DNA of 64,000 bases from Azolla caroliniana. Taxonomy: Eukaryota; Plantae; Polypodiophyta. Each line of letters starts with the position of its first letter. Position 1 is the first letter of the stretch. The stretch spans positions 15,996,001-16,060,000 of the forward strand of contig JBHGNT010000018.1 in the NCBI GenBank assembly GCA_043228905.1, written 5' to 3'. Positions 12,224 through 24,604 of the stretch are shown here, one piece after another. A model generated the notes under the pieces. The model was not told the DNA's origin and did no database searches. It worked only from the letters and a program-made list of their open reading frames with translations. The position numbers were made by a program, and so were the translations under genes.

Positions 12224-13383
12224 TGTCATTCATCGAAGACTTCTCTAGGCACACCTGGGTATCCATATGCGTTAGAAGAGTGAACTATTCTCACACTTCT
12301 AGAAATTCAAAACCAAAGTCGAAAAGGCAACTAAACGTCATATACGGTGCCTTCGATAAGACGATGACAAAGAGTATTTGTCTGCACCTTCACATCATAC
12401 CTTTGACAAGAGGGAATCTTGCGGGAGTTTACTTGCCGACACACACCTCAACATAACGGAGTAGTCAAACGAAAAAATTGACATATACTTGAGGTGGCAA
12501 GGGCAATGATGAATGAGAAACATATGCTGAAATCATACTGGGCTGAAGTGATGAACACAACTGTCTATCTAATGAATCACTTGACAACATCCAGAGTGCA
12601 CGATATTACCCCCCACAAGAGGTTCTATGGAAAGAAGCCAAATCTATCGCATGTTAGGATATTCGGCTCGATTGCGTACGTAAATGTTCCTGACGAGAAG
12701 CGGCAGAAGCTCGATCCTAAGTCAGAGAAATGTATCTTTGTGGGGTACTCGTTGAACAAAAGGGGTATAAGTGCTTCAACCCCTCTACCAGGAAGGCACA
12801 AATGAGTAGGGATGCCGTATTCGATGAATCGACAGCCTGGTACACAGTCGACTCAGCTCCATCCGATCAAATCGAAACCGATTTCGTTATAGACTCGGAG
12901 GAGGATGATCAACTAAGCCTCACACCATAGGAGAGTCCAATCTCAACCAGATTGAGTGGACCACAAGAGCCACTTAGCGACCACAACACGTCGTGGCCAA
13001 GTTCGAAATTGGACAAAGGATAGGTCAAAATGCTTGAGTACGAAGACTTAGATGGAAATGAATTGGCTCACTCACTCGAGAGTGAGTATGGGGGATTGGA
13101 TATTCCTATCATAGGACAGTAGAAGCCAAGAAAGTGTTCACGAAGAAGAGTGAACAACCATGTCGCCCCACTTGAGAAAAGAACGGGGTCAGCCGATTTG
13201 GCTACAACGACTACATGGCATATCGTTATGCATTCATGATGAAGGTGGTAACAATTCGTGAGCCGGATTTTTTTTTCGACGCCACTAAAGACCCGCGATG
13301 GGTCAAAGTGATGAATGACGAGATGCAAGCACTCTCCAAAAACGAGACGTGGGATCTCTCCCCCTCTTCACCCCATCAAAAGG

Positions 13384-13764
13384 TGTTGAGAATCAAGCTC
13401 AACCTAGTCTAGTGTGAGAACACACCCTTTGAGAATGTATGAACAATCAAAGGTGTAAAGTCACCACTACTTTCTACACATTAACTATGTGTCATAGAAT
13501 CATATTCTATTACACATAACTAATGCGTTTCCACATTCCCCATGACCCATGAGCTTCTATAGCTCTAGAGAGAAAGTGAGTGTTAATGAAGAGAGAGGGT
13601 GAACTTATATAAAGCACCCTCCTCCTACTTCATATAGTGTCGGTTATCCTCGCTTGTAATGCTACATTTTTGTACTTGATATTCTCTTTGTTAATATACA
13701 TCTTCTTGCGTACTTCATTTCTTTTATCTATCTTGTGTTTCTCTCCTCTCCCCTCCTCTTTCCA

Positions 13765-13805
<41 letters not shown>

Positions 13806-13842
13806 CTCTTCCACTGCACAAAATCATATCCGATTCTTTACA
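13384..13842 (+). repeat. Family B 5' LTR, with (CA)n at about 13768-13804
   Basis: TGTTGAGAATC...TTCTTTACA, a direct repeat of 17569-18009. Confidence 0.95.
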
Positions 13843-13999
13843 TGGTATCAAAGCGATTTGGTAGCTCGATCTAGCCCATCCATGTGTGTTGTGTCCTACA
13901 CCGACGCTCAAGAAGAATCGGTCCATCGCTATCATAGTGCTACTACATAGCTCGTGTTCGAGAGAGAAGGAAAAGAAGAAAGAAATCTACATCGACATA

Positions 14000-16900
14000 A
14001 TGAATACTCAAACGGGGAGCGCTCTTCCTAACGAGAAGTTGGACAGGAACAACTTTGCATCTTGGGAGTACAAGATGCACCAATACCTTGTTGGTCAAGG
14101 CTATGGGGGTTACATTCAAGGAGCACAAGAAAACAAACCCAAACCAAAGGACGTTGACTACTCAACATGGGAGCAAGCGGCAAGTCGAGAAATTGATTGC
14201 TTGGCGACATGTGTCCATGAAGAAGCCAAGATGCCGAAGGAAGCGTGGGAGAATCAAAGGGAAATTTTCGTGCTCAACACAACCGCAAGAAAGCTTCAAC
14301 TCCGCGAAAAGTTGAACAACATCCAACAAAGGGATATGTCCATCACAAGCTACACCTTTAAGATCAAGGAGCTTTGTGACTCGCTTGGCTTAATAAGCGT
14401 CAACGTGGAAGATGAAGAGGTGCAAATATGCCTCAGCAGCCTCGCACCCCGGTTCGGTGCGATGAAAACCGCTGTCCTAGGAAGGGAGAATCCTCCCTCT
14501 TTCTTTGATCTTCAATCAATGTTGTTGGTTGAAGAAAACCATGATGTTAGAACAAGGAGCAATGCCTCTGAAGGCACATGCTCTACACACACTCGAACGG
14601 AGGAAGAGGACATGGTGAAGCAAGAAGAGGCCGAGTCAGCCAAGGACAAGGTGGACAAGGTATGACTTATGAAAATAACTGAAAAGGGACCATGTTTGAA
14701 GTCGACCATGTTTGAAAAGGGACTCAAAGCTGACACAGACATAGAGTTGTGGCACAAGAGAATTGGCCAGATCAATCTAAATAAAATCAAAGTGATGCAA
14801 TAGAAAGGAGTCATCATCGGGCTCCTGACCCTCAAAGAGAAAGAGATTGAGGCATATATTTAGCTTGCCTGTTCGGCAAGCAACATCGGCACCCGTTCCC
14901 GAAAGAGAGGAATGTGAAGAAAGGCATACTAGATGTAATTCATTTCGACATAGGGGAACCGGCTCAGACGGCAACATTCGGAGGATGCCGATACTATGTC
15001 AACTTTATCGACGACTTCTCCAGGCACACATGGATCTTCCCCATGCGACAGAAGAGTGAAATGTTCTCACACTTCCAAAAATTCAAAAGCAAAGTCGAAA
15101 AAACCACTGGCCAACATGTAAGATGTCTTTGGTCAGATGGAGGCAAGAAATACTTCTCCGATGCATTCATGACATACCTTCGACAAGAAGGAATCAAACG
15201 AGAATTTTCTTGTCGACATACGCCACAACAGAACGGAGTAGCCGAACGGAAGAATCAACACATCCTCGAAGTAGAGCGGGCCATGCTGAACGAAAAGCAC
15301 ATGCCGAAGTCTTATTGGGCCAAAGCAGCATGCATTGCCGTCTACCTAATGAACCGATGTACAACATCCGGCATGCACAAGGTCACCCCTCATGAGAAGT
15401 ACTATGGAAAGAAGCCGGATCTATCCCATGTCAGAGTATTCGGCTCCATTGCATACGTGCACATTCTCGACGAAAAGAGACAAAAGCTAGATCCCAAGTC
15501 GGAGAAGTGTATCCTCGTAGGGTACTCACTGGAGCAAACGGGGTACAAATGCTTCAACCCCTATACTCGAAAGGTTCATGTCAGTCGAGATGTAGTCTTT
15601 GACAAATCGGCATCTTGGTACGAACCCGGGTTGACTCCTCTCGAACCATCTACGAATGACCTTGACAACACAGAAGACGATGATCAACTAAGGTCAATAC
15701 TCGAGGAGAGTTCAATATCAACTAGATTGAGAGGACCTCAAGAGCCTCCAAGCAACCAAAGCACATTTCGGTCGAGTCCAAAGATTGACAAAGGCAAGGA
15801 CAAAATGCCAGAATATGAATACAATCAATACGATGGCAATGAATCGGCTCACTCACTCGACAATGAGCTTGATGACTTTGATGTGCCTCTTATGAGGTCA
15901 CCTGGAGTTAAGAAAGCACTCACATTAGCAAATGCAAAACTCCGACGCTCCACTTGTGAGAAGAATCCAGTTAGCCGATTTGGCTACAACGACTATGTGG
16001 CATATCACTATGCCTTTATGATGAAGGTGGAAACAATTCGAGAACAAGAAATGTTTTCCGAAGCAACCAAGGATCCATGATGGGTCGAAGCAATGAACGA
16101 GGAGATGCAAGCACTATGCAAGAACGAGACATGGGATCTCGTTCCCCACTCGCCCCACAAGAAAGCAATTGGTTGCAAATGAATATTCAAGGTGAAGTAT
16201 AATGCTGACGGCTCTGTCAATCATGACAAAGCTTGACTAATAGCGAAAGGATACACACAAACACATGGAGTTGACTATGAAGAGGCCTCTGCCCTGGTGG
16301 CAAAGATGACGATTGTGCGGACCGTGATTGCACTTGCAACAACGAAAGGGTGGCACCTCCATCAAATAGACGTCAAGAATGCCTTTCTTCAAGGAGAATT
16401 AGAAGAGGAGATCTACATGGTACAAACACCCGACTTTGAATCCAACACTCATCCAACAATAGTGTGCCGATTAAAGAAGCCACTCTATGGCCTTAAGCAA
16501 GCACCATGTGCTTGGAATTCGAAGATAACACAATATCTTCATCAAATCAGCTTCAAAATGTCCAAATCCAACAACTATCTCTATGTTAGAAGCGATTCTG
16601 GAAGCATGATTGTCATCATGCTATACGTGCCACTGGATGATCTAGTCATTAGAGGTGAAAATCTAGTCGACATCAACAAGGTCAAGTCCTTCCCCTCCAA
16701 CAAATTCGAGATGAAAGACATGAAAGAGCTTCATTACTTCCTAGGTATTGAAGTAATTCAAACTCCAGTCGGGATTATGATCTCCCAACGACACTACATC
16801 CTCAACTTGTTATACAAGTTTGGGATGACTGAGTGTAAGTTTGTGGCAACCCCTCTCGATTGGAGCCTAAAGCTAGCTATCATCTCCGGCACGGAAGAGT

Positions 16901-17519
16901 GTGAGCCAACTTAGTATCAACAACTGATTAGGAGCCTCATCTATCTCACGATCGCTCTACTTGACCTAGCTATCCGGTCGGTCTCCTTAGCCAAATCATG
17001 CAAAAGCCGCGTGACATTCACTTGGATTGCGCTAGGTGAGTGCAACGATACGTGATTGACCTCCGGATTAGTGGAGTAATATCCTGGAATAGCAAGAAGT
17101 AGTCGATTGTTGCACTTTCAAGCACAGAGGCCGAATACAGGGGCACAACTGTGGCTCCATGTGAAGCCGTTTGGCTGAAGAGAATTTTGAAGGATCTAGG
17201 CGTTCCCATGAAGGATTCGACTCCTTTTTATTGTGACAACATGAGCAATATTCATCTGGCTCGGAACCCAATGTTCCACGCACGCACAAAGCATATCAAA
17301 GTGCACTATCACTTCATTCGAGAGCGCGTTCATGCTAGAGATGTCGACCTTCAAAACATCAACATGAATCTTCACACAACTGACATCTTCACCAAAGCCC
17401 TAGGAGTCGACAAGCTTCGACAATTCATGTCAGACCTTGGATTGATGATCCCTGACTTGCCAAGCTTGAGGGGGAGTACAAGAGAGAACCGGAAACCGTC
17501 TGAACCATATACTAGCTGA
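14000..17519 (+). pseudogene. Copia gag-pol (gag, INT, RT, RNase H), disrupted
   Basis: ORFs 13886-14665, 14914-16080, 16297-16914 and 17151-17519 with [11 protein letters not shown] and ARTKHIKVHYHF. Confidence 0.93.
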
Positions 17520-17568
17520 AGTGGACATCAACCGAAAGAAGCCCATCCAAGTTGAGCTTGAGAGGCCG

Positions 17569-18009
17569 TGTTGAGAATCAAGCTCAACCTAGTCTAGTGT
17601 GTGAACACACTCTTTGAGAATGTATGAACATTCAAAGGCCAAAAGTCACCACTACTTTCAACACATTAATTATGTGTCATAGAATCATATTCTATGACAC
17701 ATAACTAATGAGTTTCCACATTCCCCATGACCCATGAGCTTCTATAGCTCTAGAGAGAGAGTGGGTGTTAATGAAGACAGAGGGCGACCTTATATAAAGC
17801 ACCCTCCTCCTACTTCATATAGTGTTGGTTATCCTCCTATGTAATGCTATGTTTTTTGTACTTGATATTTTCCTTCTTAATATATATCTTCTTGAGTACT
17901 TCATTTCTTTTATCTATCTTGTTTTTCTCTCCTCTCCTCTCGTCTTTCCACAAACACACACATAACACACATCTCTTCCACTACACAGACTCATATCCGA
18001 TTCTTTACA
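17569..18009 (+). repeat. Family B 3' LTR
   Basis: Direct repeat of 13384-13842, preceded by a purine tract. Confidence 0.95.
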
Positions 18010-19575
18010 AAAGGCAATCAGATGCTGATGGATATTCAAGGTGAAGCATAATGCTAAAAGCATCGTCAAACGGTATAAGGCCCTACTTGTGGCAAAAGGC
18101 TATGTGCAGACACACGGGGTCGAGTATGAAGAAATGTTTGCCCTGGTAAGATGACTACCATTTGAACTGTGATCGAGCTTTGAGTAGCCAAAGGGTGGCA
18201 CCTCCACCAAATGGATGTCAAGAACGCCTTTCTTCAAGGCAAATTAGAGGAGGAGGTGTACATGGTACAACCACCCAGTTTTAAGTCGAGCACACACCCG
18301 CAAGTAGTATGCCGACTCAAAAAGCCTCTCTACGCCCTCAAACAGGCACCTAGAGCATGATATTCGAAGATAACCCAATATCTTCACCAAATCGGCTTCC
18401 AAATATCCAAGTCCGAGAATTCTCTGTTCATCCGGAGCGATTCTAGAGGACGGGTATTTATCATAATATATGTAGATGACTTGGTCATTGGAAGAAAACA
18501 TTTAGCAGATATCGATCATATCAAAAAGCTTCTCTCTGGCTGATTCGAAATGAAGGACATGAAGGAGCTACATTACTTTCTAGGTATAGAAGTAATATGG
18601 CTCCTAACGGCATCATGATCTCCCAATGACACTATATCCTCAACCTTTTGTTCAAGTTTGGGATGACAAAGTGTAAGCTCGTCGCAACCCCTCTCGATTG
18701 AAATCTAAAGCTAGATGCCTATTTCGGCATAGAAGAGGGTGAGCTGACTTTCTATTGTTAGCTAGTCGGAAGCCTATTCTACCTCACCATTACTCGGCCT
18801 GACCTCAGTTACCCGGTCGGCCTTAGCTAGTTTATGGAGGCACCACAGAACATTCACTTGGACTGTGCTAAGCGAATGTTACACTATGTGAGGGGAACCA
18901 TGGATTACGACGTCCTCTACAAATAGGCCACACCGATTTGACTCGAAGGGTACATCGATGCTGACTAGACTGGCTACAAAGTTGACAGACGAACCACATC
19001 AGGCTTCGTCTTCTCCCTCAGTAGCGGAGCCATATTGTGAAGGAGTAAGAAGTAGCCGACAGTTGCACTGTCAAGCACAGAAGCCGAATATAGGGGTGCG
19101 GCTGTTGCCGCATGTGAAGCCGTTTGCCTGAAAAGAATCTTGAAGGATCTGCGTGTTCCCATCATCGATCCGCTGCTTCTCTACGACGACAACATGACCA
19201 ATATTCATCTGGTTCATCGCCTTGTTTTTCATGCTCAAACCAAGCACATTGAGGTGCACTATCATTTCATTCGAGAACGTGTCTTGGCCGGAGGTGTAGA
19301 CTTGCAACACATCAATACGAATATGCAAACAACCGACATCTTCACAATGACAAGCTGTGGCAATTCACAACGAACCTATGTCTTCCTATTGCCGACCAGC
19401 CGAGCTTGAGGGGGAGTATTTATAAGGAGCCGTTCGACACGAAGTCGAACGGAGCAGAACAAACACAAGAGTGAACCAGTTACTCACAGCTGAAGTCGGA
19501 GCCGACTATCAAAGCTTATCCGAAGGCTAGTTCGAACCAACTATCCGAAGACCGGAAGTTGTGTTTGAGGGGGCG

Positions 19576-19867
19576 TGTTGAGAATCAAACTCAACTTCCC
19601 TAGTGTGGGAACACACCTTAGTATAGTCAAGCGTGTGAACACCCCACCTCCTAGTATATAGTAACTAGTGTGTCATAACTTTAAGTCCTATGACACATAT
19701 TTCATAAGTAGTTAAGAGTCCACCTCTTTCCCAAGAGGCGGTCCTAGTGAGAGAACTTAGAGAAAAAGTGACTACATAAGCACCTTCTCCTTCTCTTTAT
19801 AACTGTTGGTTCATTCTTGCCTCTTGTTAATACAATTTTCTTGTTTTGTTATGTTCTCTCTTTCTCT

Positions 19868-19911
<44 letters not shown>

Positions 19912-19949
19912 TCTCTTCCGCTGCACATAATCACTCCCGATTCTTTACA
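19576..19949 (+). repeat. Family C 3' LTR with a (TC)n(AC)n tract
   Basis: TGTTGAGAATCAAACTC...TTCTTTACA, after PPT TTGAGGGGGCG. Confidence 0.9.
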
Positions 19950-22900
19950 ATAAACATGTTTTGTAAACATCATTCATGGTTGATCTGCTTGTCATAATTT
20001 TCCTTCCAATGGAGAGATGCAATTTAAAAATTCAAGGATCAAGTTGTTGCGCTATAGACTTAACATATTTGGAAATGAATGAAAGAACTCTTAAGGAAAC
20101 AAAAGCTTGACAATTTGGCATCTATGAGAAGGTGTATGTTGTGTGCGTATGAGAGATAGATTTTCAAAACATGTTACTAGCATTGTTAGTGTTAGACAAG
20201 GACATCTACTCTCACCAAGTCTAAGGCTAACATGACTCACAATTTGTCACTTGCCTCTAAGCCAACCGCATCTTTTTTATGCCTTGGACTCATCTGAAAC
20301 CTTCGCCATCATTTCCCTTTGCATGGCGTCTTACTTCATGCTCTTATAGGAAAATGTATCTTGTAAATTCAATATGCATTGTAAACACGTTACTATATTT
20401 TTGTGTGGCTTCCACATCAAAGTTAGCATGTATTGCTAATGGATTCTAAAAATTCTCATATTTAGGACTTTAATAAGAATAATACTAATAATACTAATAA
20501 TAATTATAATAATAATGTTGTTTCATCTTGATCTTGTGCCACCTAGTTCAATCACCTTTTTCTTCATGGTTGATGTTCCATATAGTATCTCATCATGTAT
20601 TCATACATGGCATGAATAACACTCTTGAGTCTCTAGAAAGCCCATTTTGCTATTGTTCATCACAATAGACACCTCCAGAGGTATATGGATAACAACACTA
20701 CTCATCAGTAAAGGACATATTGTTCTTTACCACAACTACTACCTTGTAACTATGTTTGTAAAATGTTTAACACAGGAAAATATGTAGACTTTAATGCATG
20801 TTTAATGTAGGAGAGAGTAGGGAACCAATGATATATTAGAATAACCAGGAACTATAGACATGGGTCCTAGACTATTGCCAATATTTAAAACTTGTTGTAT
20901 TTAAGGTAACAACTTTCTATATCACCCTTTACATGGGTGTGAGGTGAGGCGTGTTATTGTGTTACAACTTCCACTAAAGGAAAAGATATTTCAATTGGTT
21001 ATGAAACTTTCCACTTTATGTGATTTCTAACTTAACCATTTGTCCTTCCACCTACCCCACTATTTTTTACTTGTTTAGTAACTTGCTTCTGCCACCATTA
21101 CTGCCAACTTATTCATCCACTCCTCATGGGGGTGGGGGGTTGTTTCCAAAGCTAACAAACACAATTGACATATACGAAAAAATAAGTATTTCTTGACCAT
21201 CAATATTGTAATATATAATCGATATTGTTACTCAATAGTAGTTCTAAAAGTGACCCTTCCTCATTTTTGACTATGTTCGAGGTAAATGGATAAATAGAAT
21301 GCTGCCACTTCATTATTGTCATAACAAGTCAAACCCTTGACATGACATGGAGATTGTACAAAGATATATCTAAAATCTATGAGTTTCCGAGTCATCATAA
21401 GTATTAAATGTAAAAATTTAAGCACATGCCTCGTTGTTCGTGGAGTCTAATAAACTTTTATCATAAAAATAACTATTGTATGTCTTGTTTTGGCCCACCA
21501 ATGAACTAAACTTTGATGGTTCCTTTCCAAGCTAATGGCTAATACCATAGACAAATTCCTAGATCTAATAACAACAATCATGAAATCAGGTTTTTTTACT
21601 ATCTCATTTCCCCAAATATAGACTCTTTCGGCAATGTCATTTGGCAAATATATCACACATAATATATCAGTGAGATCCTCATGAACTTTACTCTCAATAA
21701 TCACCAAAACCAATAAATGGTATGAGCAATGATTATAAGCACCAAAGCACCAGTAGTTATAGTGATGTTTTGTACATGGGTTGATGCAAATAGTAATAGA
21801 TTGACTAAATGTTAGTGTGGCATTATATAATGTATATATTAATGTGGGATCTTACATTTTTGTATGCTAATCATGAAGTTGGAGATTAAGCTTTCAAGTG
21901 TAAGAGGACATTAGTGTTGGTGTGTAGCAAGCATGAAGATGAGTAGCAAATATAAGTATGTATGTTGAACAATGCATCTACCTATGATATTGTGTGTATG
22001 AGAGAGGCGAGAGAGGGATCATGTATATGAACAAGGATGCTTTATTCTACATGGTGAGAGGAAGGGAGAAAGCTTTTCTGTAGTTTTGCTTGTGAGCATC
22101 TTCATGTGATCCCTTCACCACTTAAATTTGCATTGATAATATGTATTGCATATATTTTGGAATCAAGTTAAGAGACAAAATATATATTAAATATTATGAC
22201 AATTTCAAATCCCACATTGTGGAGTAATTTTACGATGATCGTTACATGGGATTTTACAATATTTGAACCCTTTTACACATGGTGATAAATGATTATGATA
22301 AGTATTAAGAAAGAATTTAGGGGGTTATCATTGATTCAACATGTAAAGTCTAGTTGATTTCTTTGTGGGCCTCTAATGCACCCTTGTGATTTGGTTTATC
22401 ATCAAAGCGTGGACAATCAAATCCATATTTAAGAGAAACTTCCTTATCACGTATGCATTTTAGGCCATCATTTTCCCCCAATAACCTTTAACGGATAATT
22501 GAGCCCTCACAATTTTTGTTACCAATGGTTAGATTTTACCGTTTGAGCTATTCGTATTTACAATTCCATAATATACGTATTAATATTTATGAGAAGTCCC
22601 ACTCACTTTTAATCTTAATCACACTGTCACTCCTACCCCCACTTTCAATCTCCAATTGTTTTTTTATCTCCCATCCCCAAGCTTGTCCTTTTGATGTTTT
22701 CTTTATTACTTTATTTTTCTCGTTACCTCTCATTTTATCTAGGAAAAATATATATTGTTTCTTTTCAACTAGTGACACTCCATGTTCTCTTATAGTTTGG
22801 GTTCCTTTCTTTTTTTGAAACCGCTTGAGCCCGTCACATATGGAGATCCCCATTAGATGTATTATGGCAAAATATGTAGATTATGAGAGGCTTGTTTCAT

Positions 22901-24340
22901 GACATGTGACAAATTCATCAAAGGTTGTTATATGTTGATACAAAGCCCTCATCAAATGTGACACATATTTCACCATTTTCACACCTAGAATTTGAAAACA
23001 ATCTTACAATGTTGACTTTTAGAGAGGTAGATAGATAGAGAGAGGCTCTAAGTAGGTAGGGGTTGGGAATAAGAACATGCTTCCTTTGCACAATTTAGTT
23101 GGAAGATATTTCTCCCTCACCAATTCATTCTATTTCCCCATTGCTTGTAAGATTGGAAATACATTACATGCCCACATAGTGGGTATGTGCTTAGTATTTA
23201 CAAGCTTACCTAAATGATGAGATGAAGATCATTTTTAACTTTTCCAAGTATTGGGGGTTGTGACATAATTGGGATATGAGTAATCCTTTTGTGTTTGATG
23301 GTAGATATGGAGTACAAGTTAAGGAAGCTGAAACAAATACTTATTTGGAAACTTAGGATATTGGAGCATGTGGGGATTCTTTCCCCAGGTGAATATTCCT
23401 CTCGTTTTGTGACACTTGAGAATGCCCCAGTTCCTATGTAGTGAGAGTAGCTAACATGTATTGTAATTGTCGTCCTACATGTATTTAAAATCATTTTCTG
23501 TTTTTTGTGGATGATTGATGGAGGGTGACATTGGCTACAGTCCTCGTGTCGCTCAAGACGTAGACACCTTGTTGGTTTATAAGATCAAATAGAGATTACA
23601 TCTTAAAATGTCATCTCATCTTTGAGAACAAACATACCAAAATAAACAGAACTAAAAGACAAAGAGAATACAAAAAGCATTTTTGTTCTATTTACTCTAT
23701 CTAGTGCCATTATATGAATAAGCACACGAATGAATTAGACCTTAGCCAAAGGAAACAAAAGGAATCTTAATGTTATTATCTATGCGTTTGTCATACACGA
23801 TTTCTCAAAATTATTCATCTTTTTGTTTATATATCATGCATAAGCACCCAAAATCCTAGAGAGAGAAAATTATAAAATATAGAACCATAACTTGCCTAAG
23901 GGGTAAAAACAATGTGAAAACCACATTTGAACATTATTATCCCAATAGTTCCACAAAATAATATCTATTATGGTAATTTGTTGATGTACTACATGAATCT
24001 AGGGGAAATGTGAATTGTTCCGACTAGTTGGTCCTTTGTTGGTCATAATGCCTCATGTTCGGGCACTTCTTGAAATCCTTTTGTGATCTCTCAAGGCCAT
24101 CATCGTAAGATTGACAATAACCTTTATCTTGACATCTTGATGATACAATGAATAGTTCTCTTCAAATTGGCCAATATGTGTTAGAAATGTAACATGCAAG
24201 GAAGTAAGCGACACAACAAAAGAGATAGATAGATGGATTATATTATCATCTTCGAAGGTCAAATATGACCTATTTGAGAGAGAGAGAAAGAGAAGAGATT
24301 AGATTAGACAAATAGATATATATTATTATCATATTGAGAC

Positions 24341-24341
24341 A

Positions 24342-24402
<61 letters not shown>
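24341..24402. repeat. (AG)n microsatellite
   Basis: Near-pure AG run, with shorter GA runs at about 24275, 24598 and 24728. Confidence 0.97.
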
Positions 24403-24404
<2 letters not shown>

Positions 24405-24600
24405 CAGATGGATGTAACTTAGTTGGTAAGGTTGCCCAATGGAGACCAGGTGGTCATGGGTTCTAGTTCAACTCCTACATTCCACAGTGGCATCTACTGA
24501 ATATTTCTATAATAGAGGTAAGAAAATTTGTGTTTCGAACCCAAGACATAGTGACGTAGTGCTTGTAGTGTTAACAACTTACCACTACGGTGACAAAGAA
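24405..24600 (+). mobile_element. Putative tRNA-derived SINE-like unit
   Basis: A-box-like TAACTTAGTTGG (24415-24426) and B-box-like GGTTCTAGTTC (24459-24469) are 44 nt apart. The unit sits between GA-rich tracts and forms no intact cloverleaf. Confidence 0.5.
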
Positions 24601-24604
24601 AGAG

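Larger units (their letters stand above)
13384..18009 (+). mobile_element. Copia family B with both LTRs, TSD AAAGG, internally deleted
   Basis: LTRs 13384-13842 and 17569-18009; AAAGG at 13379-13383 and 18010-18014; PBS TGGTATCAAAGC at 13843-13854. The zinc knuckle and protease are missing at about 14680. Confidence 0.96.
12224..19949 (+). mobile_element. Copia family C, 3' part (INT-RT-RNaseH-PPT-LTR), host of the nested family B element
   Basis: INT ORFs at 12202-12930. RT runs to 13383 and resumes at 18010. RNase H HIEVHYHFIRE at about 19250; LTR 19576-19949. Confidence 0.9.
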
